From: an uncultured Pseudoxanthomonas sp.
GTDB lineage: Bacteria > Pseudomonadota > Gammaproteobacteria > Xanthomonadales > Xanthomonadaceae
NCBI GenBank assembly: GCA_964562135.1
Contig: CAZLSG010000006.1
Coordinates: 1,068-65,067 of the forward strand
Direction of reading: 5' to 3'
Length of the DNA: 64,000 bases
Shown here: in pieces, positions 1-8,920 of the stretch
Layout: the number at the start of each line of letters is the position of its first letter
Position numbering within the stretch: the stretch's first letter is position 1
Program-made: the position numbers and the translations under genes
Notes under the pieces: model-generated
What the model saw: only the letters and a program-made list of their open reading frames with translations
Database searches by the model: none
Told to the model about the DNA's origin: nothing

Positions 1-282
1 TATTATTGAGGGTGTTAGGGAGCGCAGGGACCCCCTCATTTCTTATCGCGGCATGCAGACCCCTATATCAGGTGGGGTCATGCCATCGAGGTGGATGGAA
101 GGGTTGAAGGCATTTCGCCGCCGTTCGCGACCAGAACGTGCCGGATCGAGACCGCGCAGCAGAATGCAACGCTGGATTGGCCGCCATATACGGAAATGTG
201 ACATGAGGCGCCATTGGAATTTAACGGGGCGGCGTGGGCATCGGTTTCAATCTTGAGGTCGATACTGCCAGGCGAAGACGCT

Positions 283-813
283 CTACTTCATCCGCGAAGG
301 CAGTTTCACCGTCTTCCCGTCCACAGCGAAGACCCCGTTCCCGCGATGGTGCAATGTGGGCGCATCCTTCTGGGCGGGATCGTGCCAGGCCTTGACCGCT
401 TCCAGCACGAACAGGTTGTAACGGTTGACCAGGCGCGTATCGACCACCTTGCATTCGATGTTGGCTTTGCACTGGGCGATTAGTGGCGCCCGCACCTGCC
501 GGGCCGGCAAAGGCGTGAGCCCGAAGGTCTCGAGCTTGTCCACATCCGCGCCTGAGCAGTTGCCTACTCCGACCACCTGCCGCACCAGCTTGGCCGAAGG
601 GATCGCGATCACGCATTCGCCGGTCTTGCGCAGGGCGGCGAAGCTGTGGTCGCCTTCGCTGACCACGCAGGCGATCAGCGGCGGCTCGAAATCCAGCATC
701 GTCTGCCAGCTCATCGTCATCACGTTGGCGCGGCCGCGATGGGCGGTGGTGAGCAGGGTCACCGGACCGGGTTCCAGCTGCTGGTAGACGCGGGAGAGCG
801 GAAGATTCCTCAT
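283..813 (-). CDS. flavin reductase family protein (FMN-binding split-barrel)
   Basis: 176-aa ORF with ATG at 811-813. Pattern PVTLLTT..NVMTMSW..ACVV..NLFVLEAV is typical of flavin-reductase-like domain proteins. Recognised by eye. Confidence 0.75.
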   Translation of the reverse strand: MRNLPLSRVYQQLEPGPVTLLTTAHRGRANVMTMSWQTMLDFEPPLIACVVSEGDHSFAALRKTGECVIAIPSAKLVRQVVGVGNCSGADVDKLETFGLTPLPARQVRAPLIAQCKANIECKVVDTRLVNRYNLFVLEAVKAWHDPAQKDAPTLHHRGNGVFAVDGKTVKLPSRMK

Positions 814-866
814 CGGCCTGGCTCCGGATCACGGATGGGAATCATCATGCCGGATGCCGGCCGCGA

Positions 867-1910
867 TTACTGTCTAATGGCCTTGCCGTCGTCGTTTCCG
901 CCAGGGCACTTCCCTTCCCTGCCCACCAGGCGTGCCCAGCGCGAGGCGTCCTGCGCGCAGTCCGGTTCCGGTTCCGGCGCGGGCGGCGGTGCGAGCGCGG
1001 CCAGGCGCGTGCGTTCCAGTTCGGCCAGTTTTTCCCGGATCTGCGGCAATGCCGCCAGCGCGGCCCTCTCGCCTTCCAGGATGGCGTTGTTGCGCTGCTG
1101 GAAATCGGCCGGGCCGATGTCGTTGACCTGCGGGCGGATCACCACGTCGGCGCGTGCCAGTTCCTGTTCGCCCAGCTTCTGGCCCATGATGGCGATCGAC
1201 TGGTTGACGATGCCCAGCATGTGCGCGGGCTTCTTGCCGCTGGCCTTGTTGGAGATGTCCACCGCGATGACGAAGTCCGCGCCCAGCCGGCGCGCGGCGT
1301 CCACCGGCACCGGGCTGACGATGCCACCGTCCACGTAGTTCGATTGCCCGATGAGCACGGGCTCGAACACGCCGGGGACGCTGCTAGAGGCGCGCACCGC
1401 CTGCCCGGTGTTGCCGCGCACGAACACCGTGCGCTCGCCGTCTTCCAGCCGTGTGGAGACGGCGGCGAAAGGCTTCTGCAAATCCTGGATGGAACGGTTG
1501 TCGACCAGTTCGTTGACGTAGTCCTGCAGCTTGCGGCCCTGCACCAGGCCGCCGGAGAACAGGCGCACGTCACGGATCTTCGTTTCATCCAGGGCGAACG
1601 CCTGCTGCTGCATCTGGAACGGGTCCATGCCGCTGGCATACAACGCGCCGACCACGCTGCCGGCACTGGTGCCGGCCACCACCACCGGCTCGATGCCGTT
1701 GGCTTCCAGCATCTTGATCACGCCGATGTGGGCAAAACCTTTCGCTGCGCCGCCTCCCAGTGCCAGCCCCACGCGGATCGGCGCGGGTGCCGGGGCGGGC
1801 GCAGCCACCGGTTCGGCCGGCGGTTCGGGCCGGGTGTTGCCGGTGCAGGCGGCCAGCCATGCGGCCAGCAGCAACAAGGACAGCTGACGGGGGAAACGAT
1901 GCGGAATCAT
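867..1910 (-). CDS. patatin-like phospholipase, lipoprotein
   Basis: Patatin motifs GGGAAKG (oxyanion), GTSAGS (GxSxG nucleophile) and YVDGG (Asp). The internal ATG at 1908-1910 gives the lipobox signal MIPHRF..LLLLAAWLAAC. The upstream part of the track ORF (to 2108) is Arg/Pro-rich and overlaps the rhomboid gene. Confidence 0.85.
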   Translation of the reverse strand: MIPHRFPRQLSLLLLAAWLAACTGNTRPEPPAEPVAAPAPAPAPIRVGLALGGGAAKGFAHIGVIKMLEANGIEPVVVAGTSAGSVVGALYASGMDPFQMQQQAFALDETKIRDVRLFSGGLVQGRKLQDYVNELVDNRSIQDLQKPFAAVSTRLEDGERTVFVRGNTGQAVRASSSVPGVFEPVLIGQSNYVDGGIVSPVPVDAARRLGADFVIAVDISNKASGKKPAHMLGIVNQSIAIMGQKLGEQELARADVVIRPQVNDIGPADFQQRNNAILEGERAALAALPQIREKLAELERTRLAALAPPPAPEPEPDCAQDASRWARLVGREGKCPGGNDDGKAIRQ

Positions 1911-2014
1911 CGTGGCAGGACAGGGAATCAAGAAGGGCGGAGGATAGCCGCCGCTTACGGAACGGCACCCGACCGGAAACCGCCACCACGCGTGGCGGAC
2001 ACAAGGTGCGGGGC

Positions 2015-2809
2015 TCAGCGCGGGGGCTCGTCGTCGTCGCGCGTATCCGGGTGGCGCGAGAATGGGAGCACCACGCCGCGCTGCTCCTCGCCATCGTTGC
2101 GATACCACAGCACGGGAACGTCGCGCGGCGCGGGCGGTTCCAGTTCATCGTCGATTCGCTCGGCTTCTTCTTCCTCGATTTCCCAGCTGTAGCGCTTGCG
2201 CGGCAGCGCCGGGTCCAGCCGGCGGAACAGGAATGCGGCGACGATGCCACCCACCGCGCCGCCCAGGTGCGATTGCCAGGAGACGCCGGGTTCGTGCGGC
2301 AGCACGGTCAGCAGCATGCCGCCGTAGAAGAAGAACGCGATCATGCCGGTGGCGATGGCGGCGCGGTCGCGGCGCAGCAGGCCCAGGGTGAACAGCAGCA
2401 GCATCAGGCCATGGGTCACGCCGCTGGCGCCCAGGTGGTAACTGCCGGGGTCGCCCAGCGACCACGCGCCCAGCCCGGAACCCAGCCACATCAGCGGCAA
2501 GGCGCGAAGCGTGGCGCGCGGGTACACGCTGCCGGCCAGGGTGCCGAGGATCAGCAGCGAAGTGGCGTTGGCGGCGATGTGCTCCAGCGACCCGTGCAAC
2601 AGCGGCGCGGTCAGCACGCCCAGCAGCCCTTCCAGGCTGCGCGGCCCCACTGCGAACGGCCGCCAGTCGAAATGCGACTGGGCGAAGAACACCACCACCA
2701 TCGCCAGCACGAAGGCCAGGCTGGTGTTGAGCGCGCGCAGGATGCGGGCGCGGTCGATCCGGCCCTGGGTCTCCGGGTCGTGCGGGGTGTCGTGTTCGGG
2801 CAGGTCCAT
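2015..2809 (-). CDS. rhomboid family intramembrane serine protease
   Basis: Multi-TM protein with GASGVTHG (GxSG catalytic Ser) and SHLGGAVGG (catalytic His) motifs, plus an acidic C-terminal tail. Confidence 0.8.
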   Translation of the reverse strand: MDLPEHDTPHDPETQGRIDRARILRALNTSLAFVLAMVVVFFAQSHFDWRPFAVGPRSLEGLLGVLTAPLLHGSLEHIAANATSLLILGTLAGSVYPRATLRALPLMWLGSGLGAWSLGDPGSYHLGASGVTHGLMLLLFTLGLLRRDRAAIATGMIAFFFYGGMLLTVLPHEPGVSWQSHLGGAVGGIVAAFLFRRLDPALPRKRYSWEIEEEEAERIDDELEPPAPRDVPVLWYRNDGEEQRGVVLPFSRHPDTRDDDEPPR

Positions 2810-2892
2810 CCGTCAACAATGGCGGCGGCGGGTGGGAATGCAAGGGTTTTTCCTTATCCCTCCGGGAGAAGGAGACAAAACCTGCTTCCTGA

Positions 2893-3056
2893 GTCGGGGC
2901 CATGCGCCGCACCCCATGAGCTCCCACGCCTCGGCGATGACAACCGCGTCGCAACGCGCGGGGAAGGTGAATCACCGGGTTTGCGTAGGTCGGGGCCATG
3001 CCCCGACGGACATGCACCCATCATTGCCCTGCATCGGCCGCGTGGGGCCGACCTAC
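2893..3056. repeat. REP-like palindromic elements, family 2 (GTAGGTCGGGGC CAT GCCCCGAC)
   Basis: There is a perfect 8-bp stem GTCGGGGC/GCCCCGAC at 2989-3007. GTAGGTCGG (2985-2993) pairs with CCGACCTAC (3048-3056). A 13-nt partial copy GTCGGGGCCATGC sits at 2893-2905. All lie in the divergent rhomboid/rlmI intergenic region. Confidence 0.55.
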
Positions 3057-3091
3057 GGAGCGTCCGGGATCGTGCCGCGTAGAATGGCCGG

Positions 3092-4261
3092 ATGAATACA
3101 CCGCTCCCCGTCGTCCGCCTCAAGAACGCCTGGCGTTCCAGCCACCCGTGGATCTTCCAGAAGCTGGTGGAAAAGCCCGCGCAGAAGCCCAAGCCGGGCA
3201 GCATCGTCGATGTGGTGGGCGTGGACGGCGAATGGATCGGGCGCGGCTTCTACAACGGGCATTCGCGCATCGCCGTGCGCATCCTGGAGACGCGCCACGA
3301 AGTGCCGGTGGATGCGGGCTGGTTCTCGCGCAAGATCGCCGAGGCGGCATCGCTGCGCCGCGACGTGTTGAAACTGGATGAAGTTAGCGACGCCTGGCGC
3401 GTGGTCCATTCCGAAGGCGATGGCCTATCCGGGCTGGTGGTGGACCGCTATGCCGACCTGATCGTGGTGGAGTTCTTCGCCGCCGGCATGTTCCGCCACC
3501 GTGAATGGATCTACGAAGCGCTGCGCGAACAGTTCCCCGGTTGCCGCTTCCACAGCTTCGCCGACGAGCACGTGCAGAAGCAGGAGAGTTTCGACTTCCA
3601 CGGCAACACCACCACCGAAGCGGCGGTCATCACCGAATACGGGGTGAAGTTCCGCGCCGACCCGGCCGGCGCGCACAAGACCGGTTTCTTCGCCGACCAG
3701 CGCGAGAACCGCGAATGGCTGAGCCGGCAGGTGGAAGGCAAGACCGTGCTGGACCTGTGCTGCAACACCGGCGGTTTCGCGGTGTACGCCGCCGCGCGCG
3801 GCGCATCCGAAGTGCTGGGCGTGGATATCGACCAGGACGTGATCCAGATCGCCAAGGGCAACGCGAAACTCAACCACGTGCGGCCGAAGTTCGTGCAGGC
3901 GGACATCTTCCCGTACCTGCGCGATGCGGCCAATCGCGGCGAACGGTACGACGTGGTGATCCTGGATCCGGCCAAGATGACCCGCGACCGCGAGCAGGTG
4001 ATCACTGCGCTGAAGAAGTACCTGGACATGAACAAGCTGGCGCTGGGCGTGGTGAAGCCGGGCGGGCTGTTCGCCACGTTCTCGTGCACCGGGCTGGTCA
4101 GTGAGGAGCAGTTCCTCGACATGCTGCGCCGTGCGGCCTATTTCTCCGGCCGCACGATCCAGATCCTCAAGGTCGCCGGCGCCGGCCCGGACCATCCGTT
4201 CATGGCCCACGCGCAGGAATCGCGCTACCTCAAGGCGGTGTTCTGCCGCGTGCTGGATTGA
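3092..4261 (+). CDS. rlmI: class I SAM-dependent 23S rRNA (cytosine-C5) methyltransferase, RlmI-like
   Basis: 389 aa. The N-terminal PUA-like region contains HPWIF. The SAM fold shows LDLCCNTGGFAV and VILDPAKM. Overall architecture is collinear with E. coli RlmI as recalled. Confidence 0.8.
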   Translation: MNTPLPVVRLKNAWRSSHPWIFQKLVEKPAQKPKPGSIVDVVGVDGEWIGRGFYNGHSRIAVRILETRHEVPVDAGWFSRKIAEAASLRRDVLKLDEVSDAWRVVHSEGDGLSGLVVDRYADLIVVEFFAAGMFRHREWIYEALREQFPGCRFHSFADEHVQKQESFDFHGNTTTEAAVITEYGVKFRADPAGAHKTGFFADQRENREWLSRQVEGKTVLDLCCNTGGFAVYAAARGASEVLGVDIDQDVIQIAKGNAKLNHVRPKFVQADIFPYLRDAANRGERYDVVILDPAKMTRDREQVITALKKYLDMNKLALGVVKPGGLFATFSCTGLVSEEQFLDMLRRAAYFSGRTIQILKVAGAGPDHPFMAHAQESRYLKAVFCRVLD

Positions 4262-4305
4262 ACCGGCGCGCCGAAGGCGGCGCGCGCAAGGGTGCGCGCC
4301 GCGCG

Positions 4306-6414
4306 ATGGTGGCGGTTGCGGCGCTGACGGCGCTCGCGCTCGTGGCCACCCTGTGGGTCGGGCCGCTGCGCGAGCGTCGGCAAGCCGATGCGGGCCCGCC
4401 GCCCACCCCCTTCGACTGGGAACCGCGCATCGCGCTGCTGGCCGGCGATGGCCATCGTGGCGCGCGCGACGGCCAGGCGGCCGAAGCGCGTTTCGACGAG
4501 CCCTGGGGGCTGGTGCGCGGGCCCGATGGCAGCCTGTTCGTCAGCGATGGCGGCGACGCCAACCGGATCCGCCGGATTGCGCCGGATGGCAGCGTGACCA
4601 CGTTCGCGGGGTCCGGCGAGGGTTTCGCGGATGGCACTGGCGCGGCCGCCAGGTTCCACACGCCATCGTCGCTGGCCATCGACTTGTCCGGCAATCTCTA
4701 CGTGGCCGACACCGGCAATCACGCGATCCGCAAGGTCACGCCGCTGGGCGAAGTGACCACGGTCGCCGGCACCGGGGTGGCGGGCTTCCGCGACGGCCAT
4801 GCGGCGCAGGCGCAGTTCCATGCGCCCATGGGCGTGGCGGTGGATGCGATGGGCCGCGTGTTCGTGGCCGATACCTGGAACGACCGCATCCGCATGATCG
4901 GCCTGGACGGCATGGTGCGCACGCTGGCCGGCGGCGACGCACCGGGCTTCGCCGATGGCGCCGGTTATCTCGCCCGCTTCGATACCCCGGCATCGCTCGT
5001 GCTGGATGCGGGCGGCGACATCTGGGTGGCCGATACCGGCAACCGCGCGCTGCGCCGGATCGATATTGGCGGCTTCGTGCACAGCTGGCAGCCGAGGCCG
5101 GACATGGGCGCCGGCATTGGACGTCCGCTTTCGCTCACGGTCACGCACGACGGGCAACTGTATGTGGCCGACCTGTCGCCGGGCCGCGTGCTGCAATTGA
5201 CGCGGGAAGGCGCTGCGCGGGTACTGACCGGCGAACGCACCGCGCAATGGTTCGCGCGTCCGTCGGCGTTGTGGCTGGAGGCCGATGGCAGCCTGCTGCT
5301 GGCCGATGCGGCGGGCCATCGCCTGCATCGCATCGTGGCGCACGATCCGGCGTCGCCGGCGTTGTTTGAAGAGGATCCGGTCGGTCCGTCGCCGGAACGG
5401 GCACTGCCCGACACCGGCCAGCGCTGGCCGCTGGCGCCGCAGCAGGGCTGGCATGAAGTGGTCGGCACGCTGGGCGAAGTCCGCGGCAACTTCAGCGGCG
5501 AAAGCCGCAGCCATCTGCACAACGGGCTCGACATCCGCGGCGACGTGGGCTCCACCGTGCTTGCCATCGCCGATGGCAAGGTGACCAGCCCGCTGTCGGC
5601 ATGGAGTTTCGGCGGGCAGGCCGAGGGCATGGCGGTCGACGAGCTTTCCTACGTGCACATGCGCGTTGGCCGCACGCCGCAGGGGCGCAACCTGGATCCG
5701 CAGCGTTTCCGGATCACGGCCGGCGAGGATGGGCGGCCTTCGCGCGTGCGCATCCCGCGCGGCACGCGTTTCAAGGCCGGCGATCCGCTCGGCAGCATCA
5801 ATGCGCAGGCCCACGTGCACCTGATCGTCGGGCCGCATGGCCATCAGCACAACGCGATCCGGCTCGGGTTCCGCAACTACGCCGACAGCGTGCCGCCGCG
5901 GATCGAGCGGGTGATGCTGCTGGATGCGTTCGACCAGCCCATCGAGGCGCGGGAACGCGGACGCGTGGTGGTGCCGCGCGAGGGCGGGGTGCAGATCGTG
6001 GCCGACGCCTGGGACCAGGTGGACCACAACCTGCCGCGACGCCGGCTGGGCCTGCACAAGCTGGGCTACCAGGTGCTGGATGCCGCCGGCACGCCGTTGC
6101 CGGGCCATGAACGGCCCTTGCCCAACCTCGATTTCTCGCGCATGCCCGCGCATCCGGAGGCGGTGAAAGTGGCCTACGCCGCCGACAGCGGCATCACCGT
6201 GCACGGCGCCGCCCGCACGCGCTTCCTCTACGTGGTGAGCAACCGCGTGCGCGCCGGCGAGCTGGCGGTGTCGCATTGGTTGCCAGCGGAACTTCCGGCA
6301 GGCGACTACATCATCCGCGTCCATGGCGAGGACGCCAGCGGCAATCAGGCCATCGGCCAGCGCGACCTGCCGGTCACGCTGGCGGACACGTTGCCGGCCA
6401 GCGTCGGGGATTGA
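4306..6414 (+). CDS. membrane-anchored NHL-repeat beta-propeller / M23 metallopeptidase fusion protein
   Basis: N-terminal TM segment VAVAALTALALVATLWV. Repeated NHL-like units (LYVADTGNHAIRKV, VFVADTWNDRIRMI, IWVADTGNRALRRI, LYVADLSPGRVLQL, LLLADAAGHRLHRI). M23 motifs HNGLDIRGDVGSTVLAIADGKV and AHVHLIV. Start is either the ATG at 4306 or the TTG at 4258, which overlaps the rlmI stop. Confidence 0.75.
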   Translation: MVAVAALTALALVATLWVGPLRERRQADAGPPPTPFDWEPRIALLAGDGHRGARDGQAAEARFDEPWGLVRGPDGSLFVSDGGDANRIRRIAPDGSVTTFAGSGEGFADGTGAAARFHTPSSLAIDLSGNLYVADTGNHAIRKVTPLGEVTTVAGTGVAGFRDGHAAQAQFHAPMGVAVDAMGRVFVADTWNDRIRMIGLDGMVRTLAGGDAPGFADGAGYLARFDTPASLVLDAGGDIWVADTGNRALRRIDIGGFVHSWQPRPDMGAGIGRPLSLTVTHDGQLYVADLSPGRVLQLTREGAARVLTGERTAQWFARPSALWLEADGSLLLADAAGHRLHRIVAHDPASPALFEEDPVGPSPERALPDTGQRWPLAPQQGWHEVVGTLGEVRGNFSGESRSHLHNGLDIRGDVGSTVLAIADGKVTSPLSAWSFGGQAEGMAVDELSYVHMRVGRTPQGRNLDPQRFRITAGEDGRPSRVRIPRGTRFKAGDPLGSINAQAHVHLIVGPHGHQHNAIRLGFRNYADSVPPRIERVMLLDAFDQPIEARERGRVVVPREGGVQIVADAWDQVDHNLPRRRLGLHKLGYQVLDAAGTPLPGHERPLPNLDFSRMPAHPEAVKVAYAADSGITVHGAARTRFLYVVSNRVRAGELAVSHWLPAELPAGDYIIRVHGEDASGNQAIGQRDLPVTLADTLPASVGD

Positions 6415-6426
6415 GCGTGCGCCGGT

Positions 6427-6774
6427 TCAGCGCGCCAGCAGCCAGTCGCGCAGCACCACGGCATGGTTGATGGCGGGGTCGCGCGCGGCGTAGATCAGGG
6501 TCGTGCGTCCGCGTTCCAGCCAGGCACGGATTTCGGCCACGGCGGCGGGATTGCAGCCCAGCTCGTCGCGGTAGCGCCGGGCGAATTCGTCGAAACGGTC
6601 GGCGCGATGGTCGAACCACGCGCGCAGCGCGGGGCTGGGCGAAATGTCCTTGCACCACAGGTCCAGCGCCAGCGCGGCCTTCTTCACGCCGCGCGGCCAC
6701 AGCCGGTCGACCAGGATGCGGGCGCCGTCGCTTTCGTGCGGCGGCGCATAGGCGCGCTTGATGCCGAGGTCCAT
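6427..6774 (-). CDS. DUF488 family protein (YeaO-like)
   Basis: 115 aa from the ATG at 6772-6774. GARILVDRLWPRGVKK..LWCKDISPS..LRAWF matches the E. coli YeaO pattern (YRILVDRLWPRGIKK). The upstream part of track ORF 6427..7137 is discarded. Confidence 0.8.
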   Translation of the reverse strand: MDLGIKRAYAPPHESDGARILVDRLWPRGVKKAALALDLWCKDISPSPALRAWFDHRADRFDEFARRYRDELGCNPAAVAEIRAWLERGRTTLIYAARDPAINHAVVLRDWLLAR

Positions 6775-6864
6775 GCGCGCACGGTAGCGCGCCCGCATGG
6801 AAGACGCCGTGAAGCGGGTTATGCTGGCGCCCGTTCCCGTACCCTGTTTCCACGGACGCCCGCC

Positions 6865-7179
6865 ATGCTCTCCATCCCTTCTTTCAAGGCCGCAGGCCCG
6901 TTGTTCGCGGCGCTGGCGTTGTCCGCATGCGCGCTGATGCCGCCCGAGGATCCGCATGCCCGCCCGGTCCCCGAAGGCGTCTGCAATGCGGAGGCGGTGG
7001 CCTGGGCGGTGGGCCAGCCGGCCACCCAGGAAGTGATGGCGCGGGTCTGGCGCGAAAGCGGCGCCGGGCTGGTGCGGCCCATCGCGCCCGGGCAGGCGGT
7101 TCCCCGCGATGCGCGTGCCGACAGGCTCAATGTGCACATCGATGCGGGCAACATCATCACCCGGGTGTATTGCCGCTGA
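6865..7179 (+). CDS. peptidase inhibitor I78 family lipoprotein
   Basis: 104 aa with lipobox LALSAC. C..G..R.I.PG...RLN..ID..I..V.C is the pattern of I78 family proteins. A paralogue lies at 39261-39617. Confidence 0.7.
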   Translation: MLSIPSFKAAGPLFAALALSACALMPPEDPHARPVPEGVCNAEAVAWAVGQPATQEVMARVWRESGAGLVRPIAPGQAVPRDARADRLNVHIDAGNIITRVYCR

Positions 7180-7285
7180 TTCAGCGCTCTCCTGCCATGC
7201 CCGGCGGCATTGATTCTGGTCAATGCCGCCACTGTGCAGCGGACTAGGCTGCGGAAGTCATTCCGACAGTCGCGAGGAGAGGACG

Positions 7286-7438
7286 ATGCATCCGATGTTG
7301 AATGAAATGCTCATGCAGCCGGTGGGCTGGCTGACCATTGCCACCGGGCTGATCATTCTGGGGCTTCCGCTGTGGATCTACCTTTTCACAAGGCGAAAGA
7401 TGAAGCAGGAAGACCGCGACAAATCCGACGGCAAATAA
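7286..7438 (+). CDS. small single-TM membrane protein, unknown function
   Basis: 50 aa from the ATG at 7286, preceded by GAGGAGAGG. Hydrophobic core WLTIATGLIILGLPLWIYLF followed by a basic tail. No family recognised. Confidence 0.4.
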   Translation: MHPMLNEMLMQPVGWLTIATGLIILGLPLWIYLFTRRKMKQEDRDKSDGK

Positions 7439-7492
7439 CCGGCGGCCTGTTCGGTCCGAACCGGTGAGACGGACCCCGCTACACTGGCGGGC

Positions 7493-8818
7493 ATGGAGAC
7501 ATCATTTCTGTTGTGGACCCTGACCGGGCTGGTCGCGGTTGTCGTGCTGCTGCTGCTGGTGTTGCTGCTGCGCCGGACCGATACCGGGCTGGAGCGTGCG
7601 CTGCGCGAGGAACAGCGTGAAGGCCGCCACGAACTGCGGCAGCAGCTGGACAGCCTGTCGCAGTTGCAGGAAACCCGCATCGAAGGCTTCGGCCGTCATC
7701 TGGCCGACCTGGCCGTGCGCACCGACCAGCGGCTGGATGCGCTGCGCGACGCCTTGACCGAGGACGCGCACAAGTCGCGCACCGACCTGGCGGTGCGCCA
7801 GCAACAGTTCGCCGACACGCTGGCGGCGCAATTGCGCGATCTCAGCCAGCGCAATGTGCAGGTCATTGCCGAGATGCGCGCCACGCTGGAAGCGCGGCTG
7901 AAAGAACTGCAGGCCGACAACGCGCAGAAGCTGGAGCAGATGCGCGCGACGGTGGACGAGAAGCTGCACGCCACGCTGGAAACGCGGCTGAGCGAAAGCT
8001 TCGGCAACGTCACCGCGATGCTGGCGCAAGTGCACCAGGGCCTGGGCGACATGACCCGGCTGGCGGCGGACGTGGGCGGCCTGCAGCGCGTGCTGACCAA
8101 CGTGAAGTCGCGCGGCGTGTTCGGCGAAGTGCAGCTGGCCGGGCTGCTGGAACAGGTGTTCGCGCCGGACCAGTACGCCGCCAACGTGGCCACCGTGCCG
8201 GACAGCAACGAGCGGGTGGAATTCGCGGTGCGCTTTCCCGGTTCTTCCGGCGACGCGGTGGTCTGGCTGCCCATCGACGCCAAGTTCCCGCGCGAGGACT
8301 ACGAGCGCCTGCTGGATGCGCAGGAAAAGGCCGATGCCGATGCTGCGCGCGCGGCTGGCGACGCGCTGGAACGCGCGGTCCGGAAACAGGCAACGATCAT
8401 TCGCGACAAATACGTATCGGCCCCGCACACCACCGAGTTCGCAGTGATGTTCCTGCCCACCGAAGGGCTGTACGCGGAAGTGCTGCGCCGGCCCGGCCTG
8501 TTCGAAGCCATGCAGCGCGACCTGCGCATCACCATCGCCGGCCCCACCACCCTGCTCGCCCTGCTGACCAGCCTGCAGGTCGGTTTCCGCACCGTGGCCA
8601 TCGAGAGGCGTTCGGCCGAAGTCTGGCAGACCCTGGGCGCGGTGAAGACCGAGTTCGGCAAGTTCACCGACGTGCTGGAATCGGTGAAGCGCAAACTGGA
8701 CCAGGCCAGCGGCGAGATCGAGAAGACCGGCGTGCGCACCCGCGCCATCGAGCGCAGGTTGCGCGGCGTGGAATCATTGTCCGACGACGACAGCCAGAAG
8801 TTGCTGGGCGATGAGTGA
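7493..8818 (+). CDS. rmuC: DNA recombination protein RmuC
   Basis: 441 aa with an N-terminal TM segment, a long coiled-coil region and a C-terminal RmuC nuclease-like region (FAVMFLPTEGLY, ITIAGPTTLLALL). Confidence 0.9.
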   Translation: METSFLLWTLTGLVAVVVLLLLVLLLRRTDTGLERALREEQREGRHELRQQLDSLSQLQETRIEGFGRHLADLAVRTDQRLDALRDALTEDAHKSRTDLAVRQQQFADTLAAQLRDLSQRNVQVIAEMRATLEARLKELQADNAQKLEQMRATVDEKLHATLETRLSESFGNVTAMLAQVHQGLGDMTRLAADVGGLQRVLTNVKSRGVFGEVQLAGLLEQVFAPDQYAANVATVPDSNERVEFAVRFPGSSGDAVVWLPIDAKFPREDYERLLDAQEKADADAARAAGDALERAVRKQATIIRDKYVSAPHTTEFAVMFLPTEGLYAEVLRRPGLFEAMQRDLRITIAGPTTLLALLTSLQVGFRTVAIERRSAEVWQTLGAVKTEFGKFTDVLESVKRKLDQASGEIEKTGVRTRAIERRLRGVESLSDDDSQKLLGDE

Positions 8819-8833
8819 AACCATCGGGTGATC

Positions 8834-8902
8834 GTAGGAGCGGGCTTGCCCGCGATTGGGCGTTACCGTGGAAAGCCATTCGCGGCCAAGAGCCGCTCCT
8901 AC
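8834..8902. repeat. REP-like palindrome, family 1 (GTAGGAGCGG..GCCGCGA); probable bidirectional terminator
   Basis: GTAGGAGCGGGCTTGCCCGCGATTGG (8834-8859) is an imperfect inverted repeat of CCATTCGCGGCCAAGAGCCGCTCCTAC (8876-8902). It lies between the convergent rmuC and mlaA genes. Confidence 0.7.
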
Positions 8903-8920
8903 AGAGGGTGGCGTCGTGGC

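Noticed and set aside
1-282. Lower-GC leading segment with 67-aa ORF 53..256 (+)
   Set aside because: The ORF is Arg-rich without an RBS or family resemblance. The region is downstream of the flavin reductase gene and cut by the window edge, so nothing can be supported.
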